Positions 10,801-18,465 of a DNA stretch of 64,000 nt are shown here, piece by piece. The translations under genes were made by a program, and so were the position numbers. The stretch lies in sequence record PV593634.1, one strand, 5' to 3'. The notes under the pieces were generated by a model. The model worked only from the letters and a program-made list of their open reading frames with translations. It did no database searches and was not told where the DNA came from. Position 1 is the stretch's first letter. Every line of letters starts with the position of its first letter.

Positions 10801-11959
10801 CATCTGGTTTGAAGCTAGTAGAGAGCTTACCAGAGTAGATCATAGTCAGGTCGTCAGTATCCCAACCAGCAAAAGCTAGCGTACCGAATGACGGATCTGC
10901 TTTCAGTTCGTTTGGAGGAACAGCGATCTTAACCTGGGCACCTTTATAGAAGGCCGCAATTTTGAATTCAACATCAGAACCTGATGGCGCTTCCAGAGTA
11001 GGAGGCGTAACCACAAAGGTCAGGTCGAACTCGGCATCCTTTTCGATAACCACTTTGATAATGAAAGTCTTCTTAACAGGACGTCCATTATACATGTGGG
11101 TAACACGAACCAGAATGGTGTCATTAACTTCTTTGTTCTCGGAACCAAAGATAGTTTCACCAACGATAAAGTTACCGTCATCAGAACGCTTAGGAATGGT
11201 GTAACCCGAACCTGTAGTCAACTCAACTGTAGCAGTGTGAGTAATGTCCTGAGTGGTGTTGAACCAATAGGTGTTAGGGATGCTAAAGTCTTTACCACGT
11301 TGTGTGGTGATCGTCTCTGGCAGGTTAGAGGTGATACCAGGAATATTAGCTTCATCCAGAACTAATTCGTAGATGAATACCGGATACTGACCTGAACCGA
11401 AAGAAGCATCGGTGATATCCAGCTTGCCTGATTCCAGTGTATCATAGTCAATGTAAGTCAAAGACTCACGAGACATAGAGTACACGTTAAAGAACAGTTC
11501 ACCAAAAGCCTTCATTGGGCCGTTGATAGTTTTAGCTGATTCTTGGTTTAACAGCACTCCCCAGTTGTCCAACCAAACACACCACAGCAAAGCTGCTTCA
11601 GTTGGGTTAGCTTTAACATATTCCTTTAAGTTTTCTGGATCCTGAATCTCGATGAACGGTACAGCAAAGTCATCTAAGATGTCTTTCATACCAACACGCT
11701 TGATGTCGACGTCAACACGTGCAAAACCGGTTTTGCGCGCAGTAAAGCACACGCGGGTAATACCGTCTGGGAAAGCTACTGGGTTCTCAATAACAAGATC
11801 GCCAGCTACCAGACTTGTATAACGTTCCCGTGCTAATTCGAGTTCGTCGGCAGGGCCTTCGATTTCAAGTTTAGCAATACGTTCTTTAAGGAAACGATCT
11901 ACAGGTGTGTATAACGGGTCGTTAATACACTTTTTGTTAATCTTAATTAAATCTGCCAT
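1814..11959 (-). CDS. Giant 3381-aa tail-fibre-like virion protein with tandem Ig-like beta repeats
   Basis: Long ORF rich in V/T/G/P, with recurring K(I/V)W(D/E)xG..PF and F.I..(W/Y)DG motifs. It lies in a minus-strand structural block. Confidence 0.8.
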   Translation of the reverse strand: MADLIKINKKCINDPLYTPVDRFLKERIAKLEIEGPADELELARERYTSLVAGDLVIENPVAFPDGITRVCFTARKTGFARVDVDIKRVGMKDILDDFAVPFIEIQDPENLKEYVKANPTEAALLWCVWLDNWGVLLNQESAKTINGPMKAFGELFFNVYSMSRESLTYIDYDTLESGKLDITDASFGSGQYPVFIYELVLDEANIPGITSNLPETITTQRGKDFSIPNTYWFNTTQDITHTATVELTTGSGYTIPKRSDDGNFIVGETIFGSENKEVNDTILVRVTHMYNGRPVKKTFIIKVVIEKDAEFDLTFVVTPPTLEAPSGSDVEFKIAAFYKGAQVKIAVPPNELKADPSFGTLAFAGWDTDDLTMIYSGKLSTSFKPDEEKKGALYSEMFLYNDGGATETAPAYVNVVLIPATAGPQFEIRGLTSSVVGYKGDTGEIEVSAFYGDDPIPATELNIRPGVVGDEGLIELTGVTPTGITYVLLKDSGIPGEPISDSWLQTFRWISPTGVRYTRQNRIGVTVKRISVYSVTPRYPDPYLVERYSTGWIPFIFTLNGEDRTRDIAGYEFVDPKGIIKPMQGSWGSWVVTEAPKDPEPNNTTTAKTKFRFSIDGVWKDFEYDQNFEIKAWKEPGPEEPKENTVVVTVPSSVSIGGVNNETGEFEFRVFQEGVDITSTAIVVDDKTVVPEHITFDEISYVEDTNVIRVKYTKLLPTVSTGKIYVIRPGVVGEPKPEDTGVLSISANVKQSRVLLLTDYARDTNIEVAKPAELANVYLSFAGERVLLTDPQLQTEYLTRDTKVKVQGVEDTGILVFNNTWTAIGTYIQEYIPVKYTYADPLDPLNVSSVSLNLPVRTTFPPMRIEGDVEEIINTKIWETGTLPFKLFAGDTDWSSAITFIRATESQRYISFSKLNWEVVWADKEELTLPLELEIGWAVGETKDQKFIKPVTYHLEAWDQITFKGVWNPTSIEQDSRTNGKITATFTYKGVEATKDVILDKTRSTIPETMILGVGSQVEGEGLVVGYETTKGGIHDMTLAYVHKSGSTINAVIPTDIKWPKELNLVNIGTNIRGYWKSEQQFTLEYNYEGIPVPLDDPKMVITATSGTGEPVKLETIGEKSLTFLLEKGGEKGTEYKYNVTINVLYTDADGKEWPEKHVIPATIIIPDVMIGNNPVYSVKVWDRGRFTLTLRDTSGKNVPIDAIVPLGTNPYVSFVEPDSWYVIDGNTSRPITTQVMLMLSYQMGGNNYTMDVETEFNIERYDGKKFVVETDSELRLEGPAGTGGVLKFDYLYAGAPITDVTLDMGTSVIPANISLGELSPTGELPYTFSGQATDKMKLVFLRPNAPIPPVENMDKVTFNFDVITTSTDEPFILESSDSELELNWRETGEIKLSFKYGVYPVAPNAPGMRYQLSDTASKAVTIAGATKTGLRVTAKKGGTANSVILYPEDFIVTYDVGAPTPKRQTWSTGVTIKTGDAVINNNDLTTGKLWDTGAFSQNVMMGDQVLNTILRYEVLVGSKYIEFKAPRGWEIVDAQKEVDTDVTLSMRLFYAVESTTTEQTLDFDAQFKVLKRGDSGGGGEEVVKFECQVSPANIDGGVDVESILRVRPLYKDKPVGGQAIFKQNLSTFPDSLTLKSVKVEGEYYVLTLLGVEPGLGEIHLEFWSPEAGATPTEDHIWKGVIATKVLGELGLEIGQRDNLLVGQHNQTGTYNMEILFAGIPLDAAEEITAGRLRVTVEAATEGNNNAGVLTITSWGEKSFEYKLTGPLAPGQTIDVSDFLNMSYSYGGTSYPRRVEVPEQYTTSEVTITPNVYNVKMFQKGVVSATVMCDGVNLTTGFQQAVDASAQPNGYVAINLKAFEVVNADVDAKQVVFPIRYSGNYRRWTWSGEADTTWNIAAWSQKTFTGTWMGGNPAVPIPSLSYNGVVGASGASMDAQFQFKDVISYTGQDIIDYLETDLHGAIEIGNVGPIGSGDASQRTRWAFEPVGEYKGPIKFIFRRPGGAKPGVEFLDWVSLTMDVDIKMEPLRVLPYATANGGSGDPTAFSVKVYLGAKLIPLNDPNLSMVMDPDDIVEITYTGPESYNAKMLIPLDYPHGIVDVKLKYTYVDPVTGNTHLGEGIQKFNIGNPNDYPRLGGIGGKKVVLWEVGGTAPIGLKVVSGPANTDITAQCSPIKWVSTAPATGTWIDLPEAPNAANNWWQVVSGPKTGSNVRLDHKVTIKAPFRETFVELVATIYFVMDAVGTVYQLNGTVAPSPFELIEGKETVLRWKMTYRGKPTTNVVINETESMFYVGQDPLDPSFSIKSVVADGNDMVVTLTGLKTIGGSYIFCWDIPDQTDYVMGENRITRSVLAYAGLTITPVPQTVKIWQSYDLSATVVSSPGTDLRRELTIIGVSDPRIEVKTKASGQPHRIQIIGAPETEEVVDVVYNVKISDTYGGQTVQVTIPTTFEAWDQVQYKATLRKDMVNKLILFKDGEKDVISVPAVMSGSEYFVLFFDTLVWNKNSPNGSNANNVSIINNFTGGKGLIKHYTGGTGSGSYISVGVQPVKEGLEDGYQLVEYMETPTGGVTRPNGYPQGTLDKNVSRCPITWEMFKPEVVFKDGILPDPIIIPAGAKPYVSIKVPLSLTFGRININLGDTTTGNSGVVTNDVFRLHGAAGTDYIDVESMFENTGESDIETVIPVVVNYWYKGLTGTPMKVYTFNYDYPVIFKGTPGAPDPVVEVTGITEPTTDVWKANTTYPFSVQVDGTNVPLTATNVTAISVDTNEYIQQGTFTEGWKAIKGTEEGITVPVTWKFTFFHNLRSYELTATTNVVINPYDGVELKVTLLNPAEFNKGILSRVSQSTGYSFQVELRGKILDNAGTRPYSLWVTKTNSTMIKGSNLTTTQPYVYTGMLGLVDGLVSEDTDWYVGLTAKETDVNAVEGVDFVKLTIPTYCYDPNRFYPVTWTKELKGTVGQAMNWNYTMRKGITPINMTSSGFGTGLADFGAGNQELAVNGADWWRNPNYLQLKFANVIPVGEKVTPTVFTLGPQSVHVSLHAKFTDINLVQVSTVEHPIATATTEEVTARIKDSGDVPFHVTWKGDDVTSQVSAVRVQSNSYVEMRDGKWYVKFAEIANTTVLPVFELDIRLENVLFTLKLPIKFNILGWNGKEIVATADPLLLGIGEHGLINIKGNYSGAPLPGNVTFDKANSDGAGMVTFGAMNVTEDNQLAIVVTGDTAGRGEVKVQLRSVHDTGNSNPGSDFLDITIPTEVIPANLTPITDFAETGEGSRFVPAVLKQAVLLGEDQLDNNDPGLAIELLNSDVLTIESLGTSTITYNFSEPTSVPIARTAQLKFTYKGRSEYVVDITVTQNPVEARPVITNLTPMTVEYGKSYATPFKVEVAQ

Positions 11960-12030
11960 GAGCAGGGTTCCTTTAGTATGTTATTAGGTATCTAAGTTTA
12001 TTGGTAAAGCAAATGATTCCAAGCCTCAGT

Positions 12031-12066
12031 ACATAATAAGAGAACCCAGGTTTCCCCAGGCTCTCT
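12031..12066 (-). terminator. Hairpin terminator between the 928-aa and 3381-aa genes
   Basis: Minus strand reads GAGAGCCTGGG-GAAA-CCTGGGTTCTC followed by TTATTATGT. Confidence 0.6.
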
Positions 12067-12071
12067 TTTAT

Positions 12072-14858
12072 TTATACATCAATGTGAAGCGGGTAGTAAA
12101 GTGGATCTGGAGATGGGAAACGGAACGCAGCTGCTGCGAAGTATTTCTTCCCTATAGCAAAGTCAGCTTTAACTGTTACTTTGCCAATACCCGTCTTACG
12201 ATCGTAATCGAGATCGATAGTACGAGCTGTTACGTTAACGTTATGTTTCCAGTAATCCTCGATACGGATTTCTTTAGGAATCCCATCGATAGCATCACGG
12301 AACATCCACTCGTAAACCATCATTCCATCTTTGAAGTAATGGTTAAAATAAGTGGCCGCTGCGCTAGGCGCTCTCCAACGCTCACCAGTAGCTACGATAA
12401 CTGTATTGAACGCATCATCAACCAAACACTCAAAACGCTCGTCAAACGAGCTAGGACGATCCAGATCGATGACTTCAACCAGGTAAGTAACCAGACCTGT
12501 AGAAGGATTGTATTTAAACCCTTTCACCTCGGTAGTTGGTTTTAGTGATTTAGGTAAATCGTGGTTACTCTTGATTTGGTGAGTAACTTCGATGTACTCT
12601 CCTTTACTCGCATAACCAACATAATGAGCCGTCACATTTAAAGGGACTGGCTCAAAGTGTTTAATGTCGATCATGAACTCTCTAGCATTCTCTTTGTCGG
12701 AAACAGAGAACACAGGCAACAGGGAGTAGCTGTGACCTTTGTCACCAGGCTCAACGCAAACACTTGTTAATATAGCGGTACCTGATTCATTATCGTACTG
12801 GAAGGACGTATTGCCAATACCACGATCATTAACCATCTTAACGAAGTCTACAGACTCTGGAATACTTCCATCTTTAAGGAGAATAGAAATAGTAGAGACC
12901 AGATGTTTATCTAAATAGACAACGTCTTTGAGCACAAGCTCAGCTGGAAATGTATCGGAACCAAATGTACGTTCGCTAGAGAACTCATATTGCTCACCTC
13001 CCTGGTAACCAGGTAAGGTAAACTTACCAGCCACTTTACGAGTTTCACGTTTCTCAGCAGGACGGCCGTCCATCAGGATAGACAGATACCCATTACGCCA
13101 AACAACCTTAGCAGGCTTGATCGGTTCGCCATTAACAGTCAGGCTGTCAGTTACCAAAGTAAGATTAACCGGAGCGGTGTTGTTAACAAAACGAGGAACC
13201 AGAACCAGCTTCTCAACGGAACCAATCAAACTGTGTTCATGAACTTGGATATCCATTTCGCTTCCCGTTTGTGGGAAAGGAATATAATCGATACCTTTAA
13301 TGTGAACAGGAAGCTTGTGAATGATATCCGTAACAACCGTAACCGAACCCAATACTTCCACTTCAACTGCATCGTCAGTTGGAGGGGTAAGCTCGAAGTG
13401 ACCAGAGACAATGCCCGGTTCTTCATTGGTGTGTTGAGTAACACGAAGACCAGACATATTACGATCAAGCAGAACTTGTAAACCTGAACAGTCTACATCT
13501 TTAACTTTATCATCAGTCAACACCAGGAACTTGTAACCAGAGAACGATCCATCGATACGCCCGATAGATTCATTCCAAACAGTTACTGGTTTAACAACGC
13601 ACTTAACAACGTAAGGAACTGGAAGACCATCAATCACAAAGTGACCACGGATGTCATAACGCATCTCCTTAGTAGTGTCTTCGTGAACATCCCAGGTTAC
13701 ATCTATTTCTGCATCACTGACGTAGTACTTGGCCATCGGTTTAAGATTACCAATCACACCCACAGCAAGAGCTGCGCTGTCCAGTGAGAAGTTCTCTAAC
13801 TGATAGGATGGCTGTTGCAAGGCATTAACTTTCAAACGGGCCGTCAGTTTACCATTCGACAACGTGATTGACTTGACATCCATAGTGAATGAATTCTGGT
13901 AGTCATAAACCACTTCGATATCCATTTCATATTCAGGATAGTCATCAGCCAACGCAATTGCATTAAAGTGATGATGAAGTTTACCACGTTTAATTGTTTC
14001 TACTTTAACAGAGAACTCATAGGTCCCATTATCCTTATTGTAAACAGCGTCAGAAGCATTAACAACACCTGACGGGACAAACGTACCAGATATGAACGGG
14101 GACTTTAGAGAGAAGCTCTTAGGAACTTCTAGGGTATCGGTATAACGAGGTTTAATTACAACGCTAAGACTTTTACCTTTAAGAGTAGTAGAAAGAACAG
14201 AATAAGAAATGGAACGAACGGAAGTAATGTGTTCTTCAAAGTTAATTTCACTGAGAGTCTTAGCCTCCGTTATCTTAACAGCTGCGCGCATATTAATCGA
14301 TGCGATCTTAACACTTGGTTCTGCTTTGAACTTAGCCGTAACAACACCCGTTAATTTATCGTATTCGGAAGAGATTAAACACTCAATACCGATCTTGCGA
14401 TAAGACTCATGCTGAGTGACTTCCGCATGTCTAGAGATCTTACCGTTCTGACGACGTACTTTAACTTTCAGTGTGAGGATGTTGTCTACCAGAGTGCCTT
14501 TAAGAACTTCAGCAACAGGAGCTTCTTCTTCAGCACCTAGCTTAAACTTCTCGTGATAAACTTTAACACCTTCTTCCCCAGCAACAAAGATCTCACCAGA
14601 GATTTCGAATTCTCTTAAATCATCAGGATCGTTAGTCTTCTGGATTTCGTATTCGTTTACAAAGCGACCAGTTTTATTATCATAGTTAGAGTAGACTAAC
14701 TGGAAGATACCTTTCTGGATCAACAGTGGACCGTAATGCACGACGTTAAAGGGATAACCGCCACGAGTCTGTTTAACTGTGTTAACGACTACAAGACGAT
14801 CAGTACCTTTACGATAGGCACTAGTTGTGATGTCCACAGGTGGTTGTGGAGCTGGCAT
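12072..14858 (-). CDS. 928-aa beta-repeat protein, probably virion structural
   Basis: ORF with GGAGG SD. Recurring Y(D/N)xx(T/S/N)G turn motif; co-oriented with the fibre genes. Confidence 0.7.
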   Translation of the reverse strand: MPAPQPPVDITTSAYRKGTDRLVVVNTVKQTRGGYPFNVVHYGPLLIQKGIFQLVYSNYDNKTGRFVNEYEIQKTNDPDDLREFEISGEIFVAGEEGVKVYHEKFKLGAEEEAPVAEVLKGTLVDNILTLKVKVRRQNGKISRHAEVTQHESYRKIGIECLISSEYDKLTGVVTAKFKAEPSVKIASINMRAAVKITEAKTLSEINFEEHITSVRSISYSVLSTTLKGKSLSVVIKPRYTDTLEVPKSFSLKSPFISGTFVPSGVVNASDAVYNKDNGTYEFSVKVETIKRGKLHHHFNAIALADDYPEYEMDIEVVYDYQNSFTMDVKSITLSNGKLTARLKVNALQQPSYQLENFSLDSAALAVGVIGNLKPMAKYYVSDAEIDVTWDVHEDTTKEMRYDIRGHFVIDGLPVPYVVKCVVKPVTVWNESIGRIDGSFSGYKFLVLTDDKVKDVDCSGLQVLLDRNMSGLRVTQHTNEEPGIVSGHFELTPPTDDAVEVEVLGSVTVVTDIIHKLPVHIKGIDYIPFPQTGSEMDIQVHEHSLIGSVEKLVLVPRFVNNTAPVNLTLVTDSLTVNGEPIKPAKVVWRNGYLSILMDGRPAEKRETRKVAGKFTLPGYQGGEQYEFSSERTFGSDTFPAELVLKDVVYLDKHLVSTISILLKDGSIPESVDFVKMVNDRGIGNTSFQYDNESGTAILTSVCVEPGDKGHSYSLLPVFSVSDKENAREFMIDIKHFEPVPLNVTAHYVGYASKGEYIEVTHQIKSNHDLPKSLKPTTEVKGFKYNPSTGLVTYLVEVIDLDRPSSFDERFECLVDDAFNTVIVATGERWRAPSAAATYFNHYFKDGMMVYEWMFRDAIDGIPKEIRIEDYWKHNVNVTARTIDLDYDRKTGIGKVTVKADFAIGKKYFAAAAFRFPSPDPLYYPLHIDV

Positions 14859-14913
14859 ACTACCTCCTAATAAATGTATTCATACTTATTGTACTAAGCA
14901 TAAGATCTTAATA

Positions 14914-14941
14914 AAGAGCCCCGGTTTCCCAGGACTCTCTT
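14914..14941 (-). terminator. Hairpin, near copy of the 12040 element
   Basis: Minus strand reads AGAGTCCTGG-GAAA-CCGGGGCTCT followed by TTATT. Confidence 0.5.
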
Positions 14942-14992
14942 ACTATTAAGGATTGTGTTTGATCGTAACCATCCATGACTATAGGATCCCAC

Positions 14993-15031
14993 AGCAAACA
15001 TAACCCCTCCTAGTCCTTTCGGACTAGGAGG
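14993..15031 (-). terminator. nrdB terminator
   Basis: Perfect 11-bp stem CCTCCTAGTCC/GGACTAGGAGG with a GAAA loop on the minus strand and tail GGTTATGTTTG. Confidence 0.75.
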
Positions 15032-15037
15032 AAGGTA

Positions 15038-16168
15038 TTAGAGTTCGAAGCTAGCGAATTCGTTTGTATCAACTTGTGAATCTATCTGACCTACCAGGTA
15101 GGAAGAGATTTCGGTTTCCTGAGGAGCCACCTGAACGTTGTCAGATACCAGCCAGGTGTTGATCCAAGGGATCGGGTTAGTCGTTGTTTTGAACGGCATG
15201 CCCAGACCAATCGCGTTCATACGAATGTTGGTGATGTATTCGATATACTGACAGAGGATCTCTTTGTTCAGACCGATCATAGAACCATCTTTGAATAGAT
15301 AATCAGCCCAAGCCTTTTCTTGTTCCGCACAACGAACGAACATCTCGTAAGACTCGATGAAACATTCTTCAGCGATCTCTTTCATTTCAGGATCATCAGT
15401 ACCAGCATTGAACAAGTTGATGATGTGCTGAGTACCGGTCAGGTGGAGTGCTTCGTCTCGAGCGATTAAACGGATGATTTTAGCATTACCTTCCATCAGT
15501 TCACGTTCGGCAAATGCGAAGGAACAAGCGAAGGATACATAGAAACGAATTGCTTCCAGAGCGTTGATAGACTGGATCGCCATATAAGTAGCTTTCTTAA
15601 TCTCACGCAGAGAGACAACGACTTCCTCACCGTTGACGGTGTGAGTTCCAAGACCCAGCAAATGGTATTGCTGAACCAGACGGATTAGATCATCATAGTA
15701 CTGAGAAACTTCAGTAGCACGTTTCTGGATTTCTTCGTTGGTTACGACGTCATCAAAGATAATGGACGGATCAACCACGATGTTACGGATGATGTGAGTA
15801 TAAGAACGGGAGTGGATGGTCTCGGAGAAGGACCAGGTTTCAACCCACGTTTCCAGTTCAGGGATAGACGCAATTGGCAGCAGGGCGATGTTAGGACCAC
15901 GGCCTTGGATGGAGTCCAGCAGGATCTGGTATTTCAGGTTGCTGGTAAACAGATGCTGTTCATGTGGTGGCAGTGCCATGTAGTCGATACGGTCTTTAGA
16001 CACATCGATTTCTTCAGGGCGCCAGAAGAATGAGAGCTGTTTTTCAATTAGCTTTTCGAAGATCTCATACTTCTGTTGGTCATAGCGAGAAACGTTTACG
16101 TTCTGACCCAGGAACATCGGTTCGAGCATTTGGTTGTTAGCGTTGGTATTAAACGTTGAGTAAGACAT
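15038..16168 (-). CDS. nrdB: Ribonucleotide reductase class Ia beta subunit
   Basis: [35 protein letters not shown] and C-terminal [17 protein letters not shown], all closely resembling E. coli NrdB. Confidence 0.97.
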   Translation of the reverse strand: MSYSTFNTNANNQMLEPMFLGQNVNVSRYDQQKYEIFEKLIEKQLSFFWRPEEIDVSKDRIDYMALPPHEQHLFTSNLKYQILLDSIQGRGPNIALLPIASIPELETWVETWSFSETIHSRSYTHIIRNIVVDPSIIFDDVVTNEEIQKRATEVSQYYDDLIRLVQQYHLLGLGTHTVNGEEVVVSLREIKKATYMAIQSINALEAIRFYVSFACSFAFAERELMEGNAKIIRLIARDEALHLTGTQHIINLFNAGTDDPEMKEIAEECFIESYEMFVRCAEQEKAWADYLFKDGSMIGLNKEILCQYIEYITNIRMNAIGLGMPFKTTTNPIPWINTWLVSDNVQVAPQETEISSYLVGQIDSQVDTNEFASFEL

Positions 16169-16291
16169 TAGAACGAATCCTTGATAAAATTAAGTAAGTT
16201 AGCTAATGATACTAACCTTGTTAAAACTTTACATACATGCAGAACATTAAGTTTTAAATCTGCTAACTATTATACGTTAACTTAAAGATGC

Positions 16292-16368
16292 TTTCACCGA
16301 AAGGTGGGAGGGGGAAGGGGATTTGTTTATATACACTTTGCGTAGCAAACATCCTTATTCCTTACCTT
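16292..16368. other. Structured non-coding element in the divergent nrdB/early-region gap
   Basis: GAAA-loop hairpin at 16292-16309. The purine tract at 16311-16328 is complementary to 16347-16363. A small hairpin TTTGC-GTA-GCAAA lies between them. Confidence 0.4.
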
Positions 16369-16404
16369 GTAAACCAGCCGCCAGCATTTATCTCTATTCT
16401 TTTT

Positions 16405-16429
16405 CAGACCTACATTATCTAGGTGTAAA
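16405..16429 (+). promoter_or_regulatory. Putative phage early promoter, copy 1
   Basis: CAGACCTACATTATCTAGGTGTAAA matches the recurring 25-bp motif and precedes the 16534-20939 cluster. Confidence 0.7.
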
Positions 16430-16533
16430 CTGTTCAGTTAATTTAGAGGTCTTTAATAAGCATACTTGCTTAGAGAACAATTAAACGTTCTAAATCATTT
16501 AACCTTTCATTTACTAACTTAGAGATCAACAAC

Positions 16534-16923
16534 ATGTTTAAGAAACTTTGGAATATCATTGTTAAAGCTTGTAAAGTAATACGTGGTGCATTTAATAAAG
16601 CTGCGGTTGAAAACTTCCTGCCTTATAAAGGTGAACCTGAATTCGAACCTGTTACTAGAGAGACTGTGTTCTCTTGGACCAAATGGTTCTCTGGCAAATA
16701 CCGTATGACTGGAAAGGACTATGTGTTCAAACAGTTCAACCTTCAGTCTCGCCGTAATACCATCTCTGCTTGTGTTATCACTGGCCTGGCTATCTGTGCT
16801 CTTGTGATGACAATTGGCAATGCACCTTCTATGGCTTTAAGATTCGCATTGATGGCTTTGTTCCAATACATCGGTAACGAAATCCAGAATGCACGTATTG
16901 CTCGTGACGCTTTCTTCGCTTAA
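16534..16923 (+). CDS. Hypothetical membrane protein (129 aa)
   Basis: ORF with C-terminal hydrophobic segments; first gene after the promoter motif. Confidence 0.75.
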   Translation: MFKKLWNIIVKACKVIRGAFNKAAVENFLPYKGEPEFEPVTRETVFSWTKWFSGKYRMTGKDYVFKQFNLQSRRNTISACVITGLAICALVMTIGNAPSMALRFALMALFQYIGNEIQNARIARDAFFA

Positions 16924-16999
16924 TCAAACTCAGACAACTGGGTTTGCTGAATACCATTAAACTAGTGTTATACTTAAACCCATTTAATAAGGAACTATC

Positions 17000-17467
17000 A
17001 TGAAAACTTTATTCTCCGTACTGTTGCTGTCCACCGCTGTTCTGTCTTTCGCTGCTGAAGCTTCTGTCGATCCGTTGGACGCAGTTGGTGATCGTTGTGC
17101 TCCTGGCGATGTGATCTATTATGGTCAGAACCTGAAACACACCAAAGAAGTTCTGATCTGCCAGTACGGTACAAACGTATTTTACTCTTTTGGTAAAGTA
17201 GGTCAGAAAGCTGAGCTGGATATCAAATCCGATAACATAGAAACGACAGCCGTAGTCGTTACTGACGATGTTCAGTCTTCTGAGTACCTGTACGTTCCAA
17301 ATGGTAACATCACTTACCGCGTTGGTTATACCGGTGATTTGATACAGCCTGGTAAATCCAATGACGCTGTTTATGTATTCTCTTCCAAGCAAGAGAAACC
17401 AATCGCTGTAATCGAATTGGATCCGAACACTGTGATAAACGGTATCCGCAATAGCTTCGTTCAATAA
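17000..17467 (+). CDS. Putative exported/periplasmic protein (155 aa)
   Basis: AAGGAA SD. Sec-type signal peptide MKTLFSVLLLSTAVLSFA-AEA and two Cys in the mature part. Confidence 0.8.
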   Translation: MKTLFSVLLLSTAVLSFAAEASVDPLDAVGDRCAPGDVIYYGQNLKHTKEVLICQYGTNVFYSFGKVGQKAELDIKSDNIETTAVVVTDDVQSSEYLYVPNGNITYRVGYTGDLIQPGKSNDAVYVFSSKQEKPIAVIELDPNTVINGIRNSFVQ

Positions 17468-17478
17468 GGAATAAACAA

Positions 17479-17838
17479 ATGGCTCATTACTTAGAAATAC
17501 ACACCGCACCTAAAACAATTACACAGTACGCTAAAGTTCTGGACTTCTGTGCTGATGGTTTAAACGAACAACTGACTAAAGTGTTTGGTATCACTCGTTG
17601 TCCGTTCAACGACATCTTCCGTCAGTTCTTTGACGTTCCCTCAACAGAGTGGGACGCGCATTACCACGTGTTGGATGATAACAGTGTCATGTACTTGATT
17701 AAAGATCTTGAACATGAACGCGCAGTCGCCGATTGGGCTGATAAAGAAATGATGACCAGCGCTATCGAAATGTTGAAGAATATCCTGGACGTTATCAATA
17801 CCGCTGAAGTATCCTACTTGATTAGCTGGAGTAAATAA
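17479..17838 (+). CDS. Hypothetical protein (119 aa)
   Basis: AAGGAA SD; tight operon packing. Confidence 0.75.
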   Translation: MAHYLEIHTAPKTITQYAKVLDFCADGLNEQLTKVFGITRCPFNDIFRQFFDVPSTEWDAHYHVLDDNSVMYLIKDLEHERAVADWADKEMMTSAIEMLKNILDVINTAEVSYLISWSK

Positions 17839-18062
17839 TGGCAAAGATAACCATTGAGTTAAATCCTGATGTTCATCCAGTACCATCTATCGAGATCGAC
17901 AGTAATGATATTCTCTGGATGTCAGGTAAAGCGTACTTGCCTGGATGTAATGTAACGACCAAGAATCGTGGTGTATTGAAGTCCACCGAAGACGTTACAA
18001 CCATTCGTGCTAAAATCGATAAAGCCATTTTCGACGATAACGAACCAAGACAAGGAATCTAA
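17838..18062 (+). CDS. Small protein with an FlbD-like beta domain
   Basis: TAATG overlap. IEIDSNDILWM...VTTKNRGVLKSTEDVTTIRAKI. Confidence 0.65.
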   Translation: MAKITIELNPDVHPVPSIEIDSNDILWMSGKAYLPGCNVTTKNRGVLKSTEDVTTIRAKIDKAIFDDNEPRQGI

Positions 18063-18063
18063 A

Positions 18064-18465
18064 ATGGAAGTGTACCTGAACTTAGATGTGCCTGAGCATC
18101 ACGATAAGTCGTATATGCCACGTGCTATTCGCGAACTGTATTATGGGCATTCCAACGATGCACTGTTGTCGTTGATCAAGTCCTACGGCTGTCCTCACTC
18201 TGGTGGTCAACACAAACTACACTTCACCGGCAAACGTGCCGATGTAGTTGCGTGGCTCGATCTGTTCCTGGAACGTTTCCCTCAAACTAAACCTGAGATC
18301 GACGCTCTTAAGAAGCGGATTCATAATGCCTTTGTTTACAAAACCGGGTGTAACTCTAATGGCGATTTGCGTTTGGAGTTAAAGTCGTTAGTTCGTCAAC
18401 ACGGTTATAATGGTGAGATCATTTTAAGATCTTGGTTCTGGACTCCTGAATGGGAAGAAATCTAA
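18064..18465 (+). CDS. Hypothetical protein (start MEVYLN)
   Basis: ATG at 18064, after AAGGAA and directly after the previous stop. Confidence 0.7.
   Translation: MEVYLNLDVPEHHDKSYMPRAIRELYYGHSNDALLSLIKSYGCPHSGGQHKLHFTGKRADVVAWLDLFLERFPQTKPEIDALKKRIHNAFVYKTGCNSNGDLRLELKSLVRQHGYNGEIILRSWFWTPEWEEI

Noticed and set aside
183-11365. Many plus-strand and alternative-frame ORFs of 60-225 aa over the fibre genes
   Set aside because: They are shadow ORFs of the long minus-strand genes, with no SD, no motifs and atypical composition.
1-14858. Diversity-generating retroelement or invertible cassette acting on the fibres
   Set aside because: No reverse transcriptase, recombinase or nucleotide-level TR/VR repeat pair was noticed; the repeats are visible only at protein level.
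16268-16302. Sigma70-like promoter for nrdB (minus strand GTGAAA-N17-TATAAT)
   Set aside because: TATAAT is common in AT-rich gaps and the -35 match is weak. It cannot be supported without TSS data.
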